Source of the DNA: an uncultured Candidatus Rokubacteria bacterium
GTDB lineage: Bacteria; Methylomirabilota; Methylomirabilia; Rokubacteriales; CSP1-6
Length of the DNA stretch: 64,000 nucleotides
Direction of reading: 5' to 3'
Assembly: GCA_963776725.1 (NCBI GenBank)
Contig: CAVZOE010000007.1
Coordinates: 127,592-191,591 of the forward strand
A program made the translations under genes and the position numbers. Shown one piece after another: positions 63,401 through 64,000 of this stretch; position 1 is the stretch's first letter, and each line of letters begins with the position of its first letter. The notes beneath the pieces are model-generated. The model did no database searches and had not been told where the DNA came from. It saw only the letters and a program-made list of their open reading frames with translations.

Positions 63401-64000
63401 ATGCCCGCGTTTCTCGCCACCTACGACTTCCTGCTCGTGTCCATGGTGCTCGCCGCCGTGCTGGCGCTGTCGCTCTATGTGCCGCTGATGGCCGGGCCAG
63501 CTGTCGCTGGCCAGCCCCGGCTTCTACGCCCTCGGCGGCTACATCGCCGCCATCACGTCCACCCAGATCTTCCCCACCGCCAGCGGCGCTCTATCCCGTC
63601 TCGCTGGTCGATTCTGGAGATGCTGTCTGGCGGCGCTCGCCTCCGCGGTCCTCGGCCTGATCTGGTCGGGCGTGCCGGCCCTCCGCTTGCGCGGCATCTA
63701 CCTGGCGCTGGCCACCATCGCGTTCGTCGAGATTCTGCGGGTCGTCGTCGCTGAATCTCGACATCACCGGCGGCGCGGTCGGCATCTTCGGCGTGCCCCA
63801 GCCGTTCGCCAGCCAGATCGCAGTACATGTGGCTGGGTCTGCCGCTGCTCGGCCTGTGCATGCTCTTCGTGGCCCGGCTGGAGCGCATCCGCATCGGGCG
63901 CGCGCTTCGTCGCGCTGCGCGAGGACGAGCTGGCCGCCGACGCCATGGGCATCAACCCCACGCGCTACAAGGTGCTGGCCTTCACGGTGGGCGCGATGCT
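63401..64000 (+). pseudogene. LivM-type permease, second copy, frameshifted. The 3' end is outside the window.
   Basis: MPAFLATYDFLLVSMVLAAVLALSLYVPLMAG... with later segments in other frames. Confidence 0.6.

Overview
This is a 64-kb, roughly 70% GC bacterial chromosomal segment, densely coding on both strands. The organism is an unidentified high-GC soil or sediment type bacterium; I cannot name it from sequence alone.

Recognisable content:
- Two branched-chain amino-acid ABC transporter loci: livKHMGF at 10.0-14.4 kb on the minus strand, and livK-livH-livM from 61.1 kb to the window end.
- A BMP-family nucleoside ABC transporter at 27.3-31.9 kb.
- A purine and nucleoside salvage block at 43.8-50.5 kb: nucleoside phosphorylase, NMT1-like binding protein with ABC ATPase and permease, MtaD-like deaminase, adenosine deaminase and MTAP-like phosphorylase.
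- A denitrification-related group at 33-37.4 kb: NirK fused to cytochrome c, a translationally coupled cupin, a LuxR regulator and a di-haem peroxidase.
- A tRNA-His/Arg/Lys cluster at 18.46-18.73 kb. It is followed by a 3-kb islet carrying yqeB and a tungsten-type aldehyde:ferredoxin oxidoreductase, which ends in a degenerate copy of the tRNA-Lys 3' half.
- A multidomain hybrid histidine kinase, its response regulator, and a 1100-aa BTAD/NB-ARC/TPR regulator next to arsR plus a CadI/ArsI-like VOC protein.
- Many metabolic genes, including fused ScoAB and CaiB CoA-transferases, an LLM oxidoreductase, SOD, SDR, amidohydrolases, an RNB ribonuclease, ChrA, an MFS transporter and a TPP enzyme.

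The most unusual locus is at 37.4-42.5 kb. A secreted TPR protein is followed by a cytoplasmic clostripain-type (C11) peptidase. Directly downstream, probably co-transcribed, is a 595-aa protein that fuses a GxSxG alpha/beta-hydrolase (lipase-like) domain to a caspase/metacaspase (C14) domain. This looks like an uncharacterised protease-cascade or cell-death/defence-type module.

Two other observations stand out. Apparent frameshifts are pervasive and clustered in about 25 genes, which suggests indel-rich assembly or pseudogenisation. A G6CC...GGC6 palindromic REP-like hairpin occurs at least three times.

Coordinates for frameshifted genes are approximate.
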